A stretch of 59,392 bases of DNA, the filler included, from Sphacelaria rigidula (lineage: Eukaryota), in NCBI GenBank assembly GCA_964200075.2. It is 8 parts of 8 records of this genome, joined end to end, with 100 filler letters (N's around TTAATTAATTAA, not from the genome) between each part and the next. Parts side by side here need not be neighbours in the genome. Positions count along the whole stretch, not along the records: positions 44,621 to 51,956 come from CAXNAA020015381.1; positions 52,057 to 59,392 come from CAXNAA020015382.1; 6 more parts are not named here. One strand, 5' to 3'. Position numbers and translations under genes: made by a program. Positions 47,701 to 59,392 of the stretch are shown piece by piece (within the stretch, counting starts at the first letter, position 1; every line of letters starts with the position of its first letter). Below the pieces are notes generated by a model that made no database searches, was not told the origin of the DNA, and saw only the letters and a list, made by a program, of their open reading frames with translations.

Positions 47701-48199
47701 CCATCAACTACGCTGACGCGATTGTGCATGCATGCATGCAGAATACAGCGGTGTGCTCGGCCCCTGTGTGTATTGCGTTTACAGCTGACTGCAGGGTGCC
47801 TCATGGGGGTCATTTTATTACAATCTCATTTCCAACCAACATCGATCTCTTCCAAAACAATCTGACTTTTCCGACGACATAGACATAGAAGTAGCCTACC
47901 TGCAGCCTCCCGATCTCTACGGCGAGGTGGCATATAACGCTCATTACGAGGAGAAAACGTTTTTGGTGTTAACCTCTCCCAATGCCAAGTTTCGTGGAGA
48001 GTCAAAGCCGATTTTCCCACTTTTGCACACCAAGATACAAGCGCCCGAAGGACGGAAATATTGGGTCGAATACGAATGTTTGACGCCCATGGCTTTTGAG
48101 CGGTGTAAAATTAGGTGAATTTCGCTCGACATTTGGGGAGATTTGGCAATAGACAAGATTCACACAAAAAAAAAATGTTTCGGCGAGGAATGGCCTTAA

Positions 48200-49042
48200 C
48201 CCTTAGACAGCGATCCCACCGCAGGTGAACTGAGATGGACTACGCCACATTTGGGGTTCAGAACAGCTCATTTCTCGCCAAACAAAACGTCTATTTCCAT
48301 GATCATGCGAATGATGGTCATCTATATAGAAAATAGTTCTGTAGAACCCCTGACCGGTTTTGACCCTGCAGACAAAAGCGTACAGAGCCAGTATGTGCGC
48401 GGTATGTATCCGCTGGATACAAAGGTAAGAAGGAGTCAGCGAGCCATCGCTCTCCACTGAATACAAGTTGTATTCTGCCGATGCCTCTACTTAGTGTTTC
48501 ACAACAACGCTACAGATAGTGTGAAGCTATGCCGGCAACTCATGAGGCGTCAGACAAGCGGCACAGACCTTAGCCCTTAGACCGCGAGGGTAGTCTACCT
48601 GGATCATAGATACTTTTTTAAAGTGAAATCGATACCGATTCAGCAGATGACCTACTCTCGCTGTCCAGGGGTTAAGCAGTGTACAAGACAAGTTGTTTGT
48701 TCCCTTATCATCTATGGTTGAATTGCCACAACCAAAATGACAATTACCGGTAGACAGCGAAGTTGTTCAACTGTAGTCCACCTGTGGGGGAACTACGTGC
48801 TCATTTTGACGGCCGTGATTGATCAGAATGGTCATTCCGCGCCTCTCGGACCTCGTTCCTGGCTTAGAATCTTCCGCGGGAAACTGCCCACCACACATGG
48901 TTGACTTCGTGAGCTTTTCGGCTGTTCTTCGGACAGACATCCTCCCCCTCAAAACCACCTCCCCCGGCGACTAAAAATCCCCGAACGTCCCCGGACTGCA
49001 AGCCTGTGAAACTGTTCTGAGGCGACGCTCGCTGTCTAAGGA
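48200..49042 (+). mobile_element. Complete non-autonomous piggyBac-type element (843 bp including a nested MITE)
   Basis: TTAA-CCCTTAGACAGCGA ... TCGCTGTCTAAGGA-TCAA; paralogous to 14134-14774. Confidence 0.8.
48574..48671. mobile_element. 98-bp piggyBac-type MITE nested in the larger element
   Basis: TTAG-CCCTTAGACCGCGAGGGTAGTC ... GACCTACTCTCGCTGTCCAGGGG-TTAA; absent from the 14-kb paralogue. Confidence 0.8.
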
Positions 49043-51599
49043 TCAAGTGCAGAGCTGCACTGTATCCCATTCCCTTCCTCAAGCCCAAACTTGGGAGGGG
49101 GGTGTCTGGCTTTGTCTAAATCCAGGTAATTAAGCTGCAGCAGTAGTCAGACCTCTGATATGACGTTGGTTCACGCGTTGGGAATCTGATGCCAGACTCA
49201 GAGCACGTTTGTATGCTGTTCCTGAGAGAGTGGTGCGATTTGCCCACGAGTCAGAGAGATCAAATTTGTTAGGGCATATAAATAATCTAGCGAGGCTATC
49301 ACGCCAGGCGGTGTGAGAGAATACCAGTTCACCTAGGGAGTGTTTCATGTACGTTGAATGAATCTGAGGCTAATGTAGCTGTTTGTGGAGGCCATAATAC
49401 TGCTTTTTTGGCGGTTTTCGGCTATTATTGAAAAATTTCAAGCCCAACATAGGTGGCGGAATTGGGGGACGCGGGGTGTCATTTCAGATCTGAGAAGTTC
49501 GCTCTCAGTAAAAATATTTATATATTTTTTTCCCTAGAGGAGTTTGTCGAGAACCGTTTCAGGAAAGCTCGCTTGGAAAAGCGCTCGAATCTTGTTCAGG
49601 GCATTTTTTTCGGGTAATAAGCTGTAGCGTTACGTGTACCCTTGGAAAGCAATGCTGCAATGATGTTGATGGTGGTAGTCCTTTCAACACACTTCTAAGA
49701 TGGTTCATTCAAATAAATTTTGCACAAACAGGTTCCATCAGGGAGTTCACCCGTGGCTGTCCCACGCATGAAAATTGTAAATCGAGAAAAAAGAAGTGAT
49801 GACTTCAAAATGATGGTCTCGTGTTTTGGAGTGTTTTTTTTCACCACAGACGAGAGGGATGGGTTCGCAGGAGTACGGATTGCTTGCCAGATGCAACATG
49901 GAGGAAAACTAATGATATGCCTGAAGAGTACTGTCCTCATCTTTGCATTCCCCCCTACAGACAGATCCAAGCTGAACGTTGTTACAGACGAACGCTCTGG
50001 CCACAACATCTTTTTACAACGATATCTGAGCCCCGGAGCAAATCGCTGGGCTCGAATGGGCAAATACAAAATCTGCCACAAATTCTGCTAAGTTGCGCGT
50101 TATCACTCCTGGAGTGGGCGGAGTCATGGTGCGGTGCGTAATGGATGGAGAATGGAGAATGACAACACAAAACGTACCAGTCAACGACCACTGCGTCCTT
50201 GTCGTGCTGTTGGGTGTTCGCAGCTGTCACGTAAGCGTACAGACGGTCGTTGCAGCCAAGCGTGGATCATGTTGGGCAGAATCTGGTTTGCTGCATGGGC
50301 ACGAAGTGTCCCTAGTCGCCCTTTCACCTAGTTATGTCGTCGGTGTCCATTGCCCACCACGCGCAGCCAACAGCAACTGTTGGTATCGTTCAACACCGAG
50401 GAGCGCTATCCTGTTCTGTCTTTTTAACTTGAAATGTTGGACCGACTGTTGTAGGGGCCTGGTCGGGAGCACTGTTGTAGAGTACGGTACTGCTTGAAGC
50501 AAATGCGCAGGAATGCAAAACTCTGAGAGCAATCTCGTGGCACCAACAGCAGCACTACTTATATATATGCACACATCCGTCAATGATTCCCTCTGCAGGC
50601 AATAACAAAAGAGGTCTTACCTGTAGCTCTACCAGCGCCAGAGACTCCCACGGCCGTGCTGCTGGACATTGAGGCTGCGCTGATGATACAGGTTCTAGAT
50701 GCAGCAGCTGAAGGGATTTTTACTGATGTGACGAACACCCTCATTGATCACGGCAATGGCGGATGGCGGGGTGTCGTTGCTTTCTATGTAAATACTCCAG
50801 ACGCTCGCATAGGAGCAACTACGTTGTGCACACCACTGCCCAAGCTGCGTTTTGTTAAATCACAGGTGATTGCCCCGCCATGGGCAGCTTGTTTTTCATG
50901 ACTATCATGGTACGGATATTGTGCTGTTCAGACCCGTACCGACGCCAACAGATCAACCATACAGCCTGGTTCGCGGTTTTGGCCCAAAACCTGCTCATCA
51001 GCAGCAAATGCATTTCGTGATACCTGCCCAATACAAACATACATAGTACCACAGAGCCCGCCATGTACAACAGGAGAGGGAGACAGAGCCGGATATTTCA
51101 GACGATAGAGCGGTGGCACGTGGCACTGAGGGCGCAAGCGTACGTCGACCAATCAGCAACTTCCAAACTGTTCTGAAGCTAAGAACACTGAGTCCCAAAT
51201 CGATTTCCAACTCCATCTCCACATGTCTCAACTTGTAGTAATTGCCATCAAATTCTAACGGGAAAAACACTGAAAGTAGTCACTTATGGTTGATCAAACC
51301 ATACAAGAGGAGTCGCGGAAATTAGGTTGAACATTAAAAAACAGACAAATCTATAAAATGAGGTTGTAAACTAGAATGAGGTTCAAACCAAAAACAGTGC
51401 TTTCCCCACATTTTCAGCGATGGCAACCGATGAGGTTTTTATCGGCCAAATGCTCCTCGATTGCGAAGATACTCTTCCAGCGCATTTTACCGACTCTGTG
51501 AGCTCACAGCGTTGGCTGAAACCGCCATTCTCCCTGACATCACTTTACCCCCAAAAAAACAAAAAAATCATGAAAATGTTGGTATGGTGAGACATCCAT

Positions 51600-51887
51600 G
51601 ATGAGGCAGTGTATAAGCCGCGGCTGGCTCAGGAAGTGACGATACCAGAAAATAAAGCAAATGAAATCATTGTAGGCTGTCATCCAAATGCGAGATAATC
51701 AGTATAGGCTTCGCGCCGAGCAATCTTAGCAGGATCAGCTCACCCTTCATGCGACTCGCCGAACACATCACGGCGCTTGGTGATTGAGTGCGAGCCTGGT
51801 TCGCCGAAACCCGGCTTGCTCCGTCCCAGCTTTTTAGGAATGCGAGGTCAACGGTCTTATGACTGTGGCATGCATGATCATGAGTGC

Positions 51888-51888
<1 letters not shown>
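51600..51888 (+). repeat. Family B repeat followed by a long C run
   Basis: Colinear with 8010-8300; ends ATCATGAGTGCA-C(n). Confidence 0.8.
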
Positions 51889-51922
<34 letters not shown>

Positions 51923-54563
51923 AAACAAAAAAGAAGGGGGACTGGGGCGGGGCGGGNNNNNNNNNNNNNNNNNNNNNNNNNNNNNNNNNNNNNNNNNNNN
52001 TTAATTAATTAANNNNNNNNNNNNNNNNNNNNNNNNNNNNNNNNNNNNNNNNNNNNTGGAATAAAAAAATTACTCACTTGAAGCGAATGATCAAAGCCAC
52101 TCTCAGTCGAAGATCTACTCTCAATCTCACGAAAATCTTGTTACAACTATTTTTCTCCTTCCCGATTCCTCTCTCCACCCAATTTGCTCCGTGTGGATAG
52201 TAATAATGTAGGCTGAAAATTCATCATCTTTGTGGCCGGTGAACAGACTGGAGATTGTGGTTTGTGGGCACTCGTGATGGGGCGGGCTCAGTGCACACAT
52301 CCATTCACTTTTTCTCGATTCCTCTCTCCACCCAAATTCCTCCGTGTGGATAGCAATAATATATACTTGAAGTACACCATCCTCATCTTCTTGAGATATA
52401 CTTCGAGAGAGCAGTATTTTAATGCGAGGAGTGACTACTACACCGTCATCTGATCAACACGATTATTCGAATACGTTAACGTGAGTTCGAACTTGACTCG
52501 TTGCCCTGAAATCGCGGGCCAAGTGAAAATATACTTGAAAAACTGAAGGCGTTACTCGAAGCGTAGGCAAGGACCTTTGGAGAAAGTCTGTCGCGCATAG
52601 AGGCTAGTCGGGGAAATACTGGCGGACTGCAAGAGGGTCCGTCGGTGGAAACCAGCCCCATATTTTGAAGGTGCTGGGATTAGTGAGGAGGCAGGACCTG
52701 CTTCCGGTCATCAAGGTGAAGTCCTCATCTATAGCCTGCTGCCAGCTGTCGGTGAGGTTGAGATTGCAAGGTGTAGTAGTCTCGCCACAGGATCTCAGTG
52801 AAGAAATAGTATCTCAACTGCTGTTCCCAAGCTTAGGGATAATACAGATTTTCCGTTGTGGAAGAGATCATTCGACGGTTTTGCCCCATCAAGTGATCGT
52901 ATGCAGGCATTCACGACAATAATTGACACGGTGGTAGGCGACCCCCCCGCGACTTCCCGATTTTTGCTTGATCTAGCTTTCGGTGACCCAAGCATAAGAC
53001 GGGCCCGTATTGTCTGGACGTGTTCAACCGACAGCATCACGGACCGCGAATCGCGAAGCAGGGTTTTCGACACCAACTCCCCTATTCCAGGTTGGTGTGT
53101 GTCGTGCAATCGGTTCTTGCCGAGAACGTTCTCCGAGAAGTTGAAATGGAGTCGCCTTTCAACGAAGTAGAGATGGAGACAAAAGAGGATTCGATTAAGT
53201 TTTTCGCGCGTGTAGACAAGGTAGTGGGTGTGCTAGGATCATTGGGGGTACACGTGCCTGTAGAATATGTTAATCTCGAAATTAAGGTGCTCACGACCGA
53301 TAACGAATACGAACAGCGTACGATCTTGTACAAAGACAGCATCACCGGTGCCGAGATAGAGGCAATAACAAGACAGAGATGCATGTTAATGTCTAGGAAT
53401 CGTACGATTAGTCGTAGCGTAGGGCAAGCTCTCGTTCCAAGCAAGTACACCCGCGGGGATCGTAAACAAGACAGCTCTAAGGGTGGTAAGGGTGTTTTCG
53501 GCGGTACTGCAGCCGCCAAGAACGACCGAAACAATAGTACGAAGAACGTAGGGAAGAAGTCAACAACACTCGGGGCGAGTGTCACCGTTGCTTAGAGCAA
53601 AGACATCGATGGTTCGACCGCACCGCACTCGTCGTTCGCGCCGCGAATAAGTCACTGAGCGGCTCTGGTGAGATCATGGCGTGTTCGTTGATTGGTATGC
53701 ATGGTGACAAAGATACGGGACGAGAGTGCGAGAAAAGTAAGGACAATACTGACAAGTGGATAGCTGATAGAGGTGCGACTTCTACCATGACTCGATCAGC
53801 TGGCTTTTTCCGGGATTGCAACCATCCGAGGATAAGGTTAAGATTGGTAATGAAACTCAAATCGACGTTGAGGGTTATGGGTCGTTGACTCTTGTTTTCC
53901 CCAACAAGGCAGGAGGAATAACAATAAGGCTTGGTAAGATGGAATACGTACCCGACTTGGCTTTCGACCTTTTCCTGAATGGATGTGCACATACGAGAAG
54001 TGGGTTTCACGACTGATGACTCGGATATGATTTTGACCCTACTGGGTGCACGTCTTAGATGTTGGAGCGATATAACTGGATATTCAACTTATGGTAAAAA
54101 GAGGGGTCCTGATGACAAACAACATCTCCTGTCCCCTATTGGTTTCCGAGTAAGTCGAGAATATAGTGCAATCTGACCACCCTGTTCCCCTGGCGTTCCC
54201 TGTGATAGCCCCCGGTAGTGCTGATTCGCGTGAGACTGCTGTAGACACTAACGCCTTCCTCTGCGTACATGGCCATGCAAACGATTTTCTGATGAAAGGC
54301 CTACAAATCTATAGGTGTAAAGTCACTGGGTTGACGGAGACGGTGTACTGGATGCTCCAATGAACCGATTGGTTATCGTGAACCGACGGCCAACAGATCG
54401 AAATTACATGCCTCAGGAAAGCTGGGGAGAGAGTTTGTTCTTATTTCAGTAGTCCTAAGAGAACTCCTTTACTGAAAGGGAAGAAGTGCGTGATGATTGT
54501 GAATGGCGACTTTATCCTGTACACATGGGTATGTTTTCTCGAGCGAAGCCGCTGACGTCTTCA

Positions 54564-54815
54564 GGAGCAATGCTACGGTAGGGTTGCACTTTTTGCGCGA
54601 AATCTTGTCTAGTTCAAGGGCTCCTGGCGATTCCAGATCGCACAAGAATATGGGTCAAGGCATCCCCGCTTGCAAATTCATCCGGGATATCTCTAGCACG
54701 TTGAAATAATAGCAATCCTGGCGTATTTCGTAAGTGGTGTTTTGGATGAGATATAGGGCTCCCAACCATTCTAACCTCGGGAAATATTTGTGCACCCCTA
54801 CCGTAGCATCACTCT
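54564..54815. mobile_element. MITE family C inserted in the Copia integrase
   Basis: GAGCAATGCTACGGTAGGGTTGCAC / GTGCACCCCTACCGTAGCATCACTC; removal restores DVFRKF; interior matches 59301-59392. Confidence 0.8.
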
Positions 54816-55343
54816 TAGGAAGTTTTCGACTGATATGCGGGCGTATGGTGTACTGTCGGAGGCAATAGTCATAAGATCTGACGACGGAGAAGAGTTTTTG
54901 TCGGGGATTTCGGGAACATGCATAGATACTACTGTATGAAACAGGAATTCATCAGCACGAAGTGTCCTGAACGGAACGGCGTTGCCAAGATAGCTCTAGG
55001 TGTCATTCAAAACACCGCTCTTGTCGGTCTCATGCAAGCTCCCATCGTCTTCCCACATGTTGGATAGCAACCATCGGAGACCCTCTGAGCTGAGGGAGTG
55101 CATTGGGCGTGCGACGTCCTGAACCAAACTGCGACGACGGCTAGCCCAGGTAACAAGTCGCCGCACGAGATTTGGCATGGTAAGGCAACACCTACATCAC
55201 CGCGCCCATTTCTTCGTCCGGGATGTTGTCTCTGGAATCGCCTGTCAAGGTCGTTCTCCAAGTGTAAGAGTAGCTTCTACCTCGGGTTCGCCATCGACCA
55301 CCCCCGCGATTCGTTGCGGATGCTGACGCGGTTAACAAGAAAG

Positions 55344-55592
55344 AGTCACCCACCCTACGATGGGAGGGGGGGAGGGGGGGAAGGGGGACATTTTCCCCAC
55401 GAAATTCCACTTCAACTCGTTGTTGAAAACAGCAACGGTTGTCGCCTCTCACCGATAAACAGCACTCATCCATACTGCTTGACACCGTTCTCACGCAAAG
55501 GCAAGCGCACCGTGAGTGTGTCAGGTCGCCTGACACACCTATGAGCCCTTTATTTCGTGAATTCAACCCTCCTTCCCTATCGTAGGATGACG
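55344..55592. mobile_element. MITE related to family C, inserted downstream of the Copia integrase core
   Basis: GAGTCACCCACCCTACGATGGGAGGG / CCTTCCCTATCGTAGGATGACGC; the Copia frame resumes with VETRDATWE. Confidence 0.6.
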
Positions 55593-57246
55593 CGGCAGTG
55601 GAGACAAGGGACGCCACCTGGGAGGCACCATTGGTCATGGTGCTGCCGCCGGTGCAACTCCAGCGGCTGACATCGCCGAAGTTGGCAGGGGGGCCGGAGC
55701 CGGGAGGGACGTCACAGCCGGGAGGGGCATCGGAGCTGGGAGAAACTCCAGAGTCGAGAGGAATAGATTTCAATTCTGCCCCACCGACTCCTAAACCTCC
55801 TGGGGAAGGGAATCCTCAATCAGCGTCGAGTGATATCTCCGCGGAAAGTGCAGGTCATGGTAATAAAGGTGAGTGGGTTTCTGTAGTCGGTGAAAATCGG
55901 CCGGCCTCCGCCCCCACAACTGTTCCACCAGGCGTTTATTTGTCATCAGTGTGCAGCAAGCCGTCTGCCGACGGTGACGTCTCAGTTGAGGAGAGCAAGC
56001 CGGCTTCATCAGAAGAAAGTGGTCGGGTTCCGACGGTGGCGTGGACTGCGGCGTGCTAACTTGAGTCGCATCTGGTTGGATCTAGAAATGGTGAGGAGCT
56101 TGGGCGAACCAGAACGCAGACGCGAGCGCTCAATCAAGAAGCAGCTAGCCTCGTGACAACGTCTAGGCCCGATGAAGGGGGGAAAACAATCCATGGGCTG
56201 CTGGCGGCACAAAAGGCTACCCATAGGCTGGGCGAGCTACTTCAATGCCTCGTCCGGGCAGCGGGCCCGAAACTAGTGTCGTATCCTGCGGCATGCTCGT
56301 CGCGGTACTCGGATGCGTGGACGGAGGCAATGACGATAGAGTTCGACGGGCTCATGACTGCCGGAACATTTGTGGAGGGGACCGAAAATCCTGGGGGGTG
56401 CAACATCGTAGGCGCAAAGTAGTTGTATAAATGGAAGGGTGACTCGCATAGTGTGGTCGACGAGGCCAAAGTCCGTATGGTTTCTATGGGGTACATTCAG
56501 GTAGGAGTAGACTACTTTGAGACGTTTGACCCTACGTTTTCTGCTACTTCAGGCAGGTTGGTGGTGACTCCGGCACGTATGCTAGACTGGGATTCCAGGC
56601 ACTTGGATGTAGACCAGGATTTCGTTTAGTCGAACTTTGACACCAATGACTACCTGCATCTGCCCCCAGTTGTGAATAGGTATTAGTAAGGCAGTGAGTC
56701 TCAACAAGGCTTTATATACGGCCTGAAGTAGAGCGATCGTGCATGGTATCAACTGTTGTCGTCAATCCTGGTAGAGTGTGATTTTGAGCAATACCTGGTA
56801 GATTCCTACGTGTTTCGTCTGAGGGCTGCTGGTGACGTTGAGATGACAGTGCTCTTTTGTGTGGACGGCATCAAGATTGCAACTAGTGGGGTGGCTAAAG
56901 TGGTACTCAGTACCGTCAATCAGACATTCCCCGCCAAACGTCTCAGGAAGGTAGAGTGGTACAGGGGTAGTGAGTACAAACAAAAGAGACCGGGAGAAAG
57001 GTACATTGGAAACTTCACAGATCCAGTTCGTTCGGAGTGTGCTAAATCGTTTTGACGTCTCAGAGACCAGCACCATTCCCGCTACCTATTCCTCAGACCT
57101 CAGGCACGCAAGTCAGGAGGAGATCATGGTGGATGTGCCTTTCCGTGAGATCGTGGGGAGCCTGATATGGATTGCAAACCAGACGAGACCCAATATCCCG
57201 AATGCAATTCGGACAATCGCACGGTTTTGGCATGACCCCAAGCCAA

Positions 57247-58588
57247 GGCCATTCACCCAAAACCGGTATACCGCCTGAATTTTCGCGAAAAAACGATATA
57301 GCTAAAGTTCCATTTCAGAAATGCAACAAATGCTGCCAGCTGATTGGCCGAATCACGCCGCCAACGGATTCGGGCGAAAGACACGCGCGGTGTAGCTGTT
57401 AGTGACTGCTCATTTGGCTTCCACCGGTTTTTGGCGACGACTTCACGGGTTTTGGCGGTCGGTGTGCCTGACCGCAGGTTCCCGGCCGGCCCGAAAACAT
57501 GTGCACGTCACCATCCGCTCGGTTACCTTTCGGCGGCTGGCCGCTAAATATCGAGAGTTTTGTTTCAGTTGGGCCTGGGAATGTCTACTATCTCTAATTG
57601 TACGTATTGGCCTACACCCACCAGGTGGTTACTCATAAGAGGAGGCCGTGACCACACGGTTGGCAGTCCTCTCAAGCTGCGGGATCGCTGTCGCCACCTG
57701 CGTGTGCACTGTGCTTCGGCACGTGTCTGTACCTTGTCTGGCTGGACACTGATGCGCGTTGGCGTCAGCTGTAAATTTGTAAGGCTTGCAGTATTTTGGA
57801 GGGGTGAACACATGCTAGCTGCCGCTTCCATTCCTCTTCCGTTGGTTGACTCGACACCCCTCGCCAGCCGAGCACAGTCAGCGAATGACATGTGCGTTGT
57901 ATCCTCGACTAACTGTTTTTGCTGACACTTTCGACAGTAGCACCCCCCAAAAAAGTGCATGATTTTGGGAGGCAAAATCTTCACGTAAATCGAAATGGGA
58001 AAAGCTGAGCACAACGAGTACCTGGAAATTCCCACGCTTGGGTTCGTTCTAGCCAATGTCGCCAGTATGAGGCGCTTCATGCAGCCTGAACCCAGCGCTA
58101 TACGGCCATTTTTTTCGGGACACTTTTTGGCTGATTTTTTGGGGGGGGGGCTATCGTAGAAAGTGTCTACTCCGCCGTGATTTATCTGTCCATCCACTTC
58201 GAAGCTGTAGAACAAGGTGGTTGTGGGTAGAGCTCTTCATGGGTTGGGATGGTGGTGGTTGGAATGACAAAACCAATCTCCCGATATTTAGCGGCAGCCG
58301 CCGAAAGGTCACAAAGTGTATGGTGACGTGCACATGTTTTCGGGCTCGCCGGGAACCCGCAGTCAGGCACGTCGATCGCCAAAACCCCGTGAAGTCGTCG
58401 CCAGAAACCGGTGAAAGCCAAATTGAGTATTTAGTCACTAACAGATACACCACGCGTGCCTTTTGCCAGAATCCGTTGGTGGCGTGCTTCGGTCAATAAG
58501 GCGGCAGCATTTATTGCATTTCTGAAGTGAATTCTCACTTACACTGTCTAATGGCGAAAATGCGATAAACTGGTTTTTGCGATTGCCC
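57247..58588. mobile_element. Non-autonomous long-TIR element (Mutator/hAT-like foldback) inserted in the Copia RT
   Basis: ~310-bp imperfect TIRs (57247 to ~57557 versus ~58277-58588); direct repeat CAAGCCAA (8 bp, 9 if extended) at 57239-57246 and 58589-58596. Confidence 0.85.
57924..58167. mobile_element. MITE nested in the long-TIR element
   Basis: GACACTTTCGACAGTAGCACCCCCCAAAAAA / TTTTTTGGGGGGGGGGCTATCGTAGAAAGTGTC; another copy at 22312. Confidence 0.75.
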
Positions 58589-58639
58589 CAAGCCAATTCA
58601 CCACAAGGCGGCACAGAAGATAATCGAGTATCTGGATTC

Positions 58640-58865
58640 TTCGTCGGATTCCGATCGGATCACTTTGATTCCCCAAAACGTGTTCCTTCATCTAAGACCC
58701 CAACATTTCGGTTATCGAAATCCAAATTTACAGGGCGTCCAGCAGTCGTCAATAACTGCTACCAGCAGGTGAAGGGATGTAGCCATTTTCCGAAGATTTG
58801 GTGTGGACACGAAGATTCTAATCCTCCAGGTTCTCATCCTCGATGTAAAGCTCCATCCCCGATTT
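58640..58865 (+). mobile_element. Partial copy of the foldback family at 1144-1577
   Basis: CCCCAACATTTCGGTTATCGAAATCCAAATTT...TACCAGCAGGTGAA...GGTTCTCATCC matches 1405-1545. Confidence 0.7.
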
Positions 58866-59300
58866 CGACGATCGACTGTTAACAACGGCATTGCTACATC
58901 GTAACTGAATCATGACGACGGTTCTTGTTGGACTCGAGAAACAACGGTGCCGCTATCATGTCGCCTAGGGGCATGCAGCTACCTCGTGCTCTCAATTTTA
59001 CCACCATCCAAATACGAAAATGCGCGCTCGATCATGTCCCAATACGGCTGGATCAACGCAATGCACCACCGAACATCAAACCATGCTGGCAGGTCCCCTT
59101 TGTTGTCTGACTACCACATGATCACACCATACCCGCTGTCAACATCCGAATCGATCGTGCGGTACTGCGGTACTGCGGACATGAAAGTAGCCGGAAACGG
59201 TATTAAAATAGTTGTAAACGCTTCGTTTGCTGGCGTATTCTGCTCCTTGCGGAGAATTATGCTAGCGCCAGTCCTGGTTCTGCTCGGAATTACTCACAAT

Positions 59301-59392
59301 AGAGCAATGCTACGGTAGGGGTGCACTTCTTTCGCGAAATATTGTCTAGTTCGGGGGCTCCTAACGATTCTAGATGCACAAGAATATGGGTC
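59301..59392 (+). mobile_element. MITE family C, left end, truncated by window end
   Basis: AGAGCAATGCTACGGTAGGGGTGCACTT...CACAAGAATATGGGTC is nearly identical to 54564-54656. Confidence 0.8.

Larger units (their letters stand above)
52790..58634 (+). mobile_element. Degenerate Ty1/Copia retrotransposon (gag-PR-IN-RT) interrupted by DNA elements
   Basis: Gag-like ORFs 52856-53595; protease WIADRGATSTMT; integrase IRSDDGEEF, PERNGVA, WACDVLNQT..GNKSPHEIWHG; RT WTEAMTIEFDGL, AKVRMVSMGYIQ.GVDYFETF, YGLK, PFREIVGSLIWIANQTRPNI; HDPKP/IHHKAAQKIIEYL resumes at ~58590. Integrase precedes RT. Confidence 0.92.

Noticed and set aside
49900..51260. Minus-strand exon-like segments (YKLRHVEMELEIDLG..., faintly like TAF2 or aminopeptidase N-termini)
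   Set aside because: Splice phases ambiguous and similarity too weak to call without a search.
52150..52360. Two ~50-bp direct repeats as a CRISPR-like array or LTR pair
   Set aside because: Only two imperfect copies in eukaryotic context, no cas genes, no TG...CA ends; a local duplication.

Overview
Eukaryotic, intron-rich, transposon-dense DNA. The TTAGGG repeats, GT-AG introns, long poly-C/G tracts and retroelement style suggest a brown alga or other stramenopile (inference). The window is not contiguous: it is eight scaffolds of 7337, 7337, 7337, 7337, 7336, 7336, 7336 and 7336 bp joined by 100-nt N44-TTAATTAATTAA-N44 linkers, so adjacency across linkers carries no information. Host genes are all partial: the first two exons of a mitochondrial carrier (minus strand), the last three exons of a ribonucleotide reductase large subunit, the first exon of a citrate/tricarboxylate-type mitochondrial carrier, and two spliced genes of unknown function. 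Mobile DNA includes a decayed APE+RT LINE, an RTE-type LINE fragment, a Ty3/Gypsy-like gag-protease region, a decayed Ty1/Copia with nested insertions, piggyBac-type non-autonomous elements and several MITE/foldback families. The most interesting signals are: (1) a ~70-nt structured 3' module shared by the LINE and two short repeat families that appear to insert into poly-C tracts; (2) a 205-bp TGT...ACA element with perfect 38-bp TIRs, a CCGT target duplication and a telomeric core; (3) a 358-nt intronic foldback.
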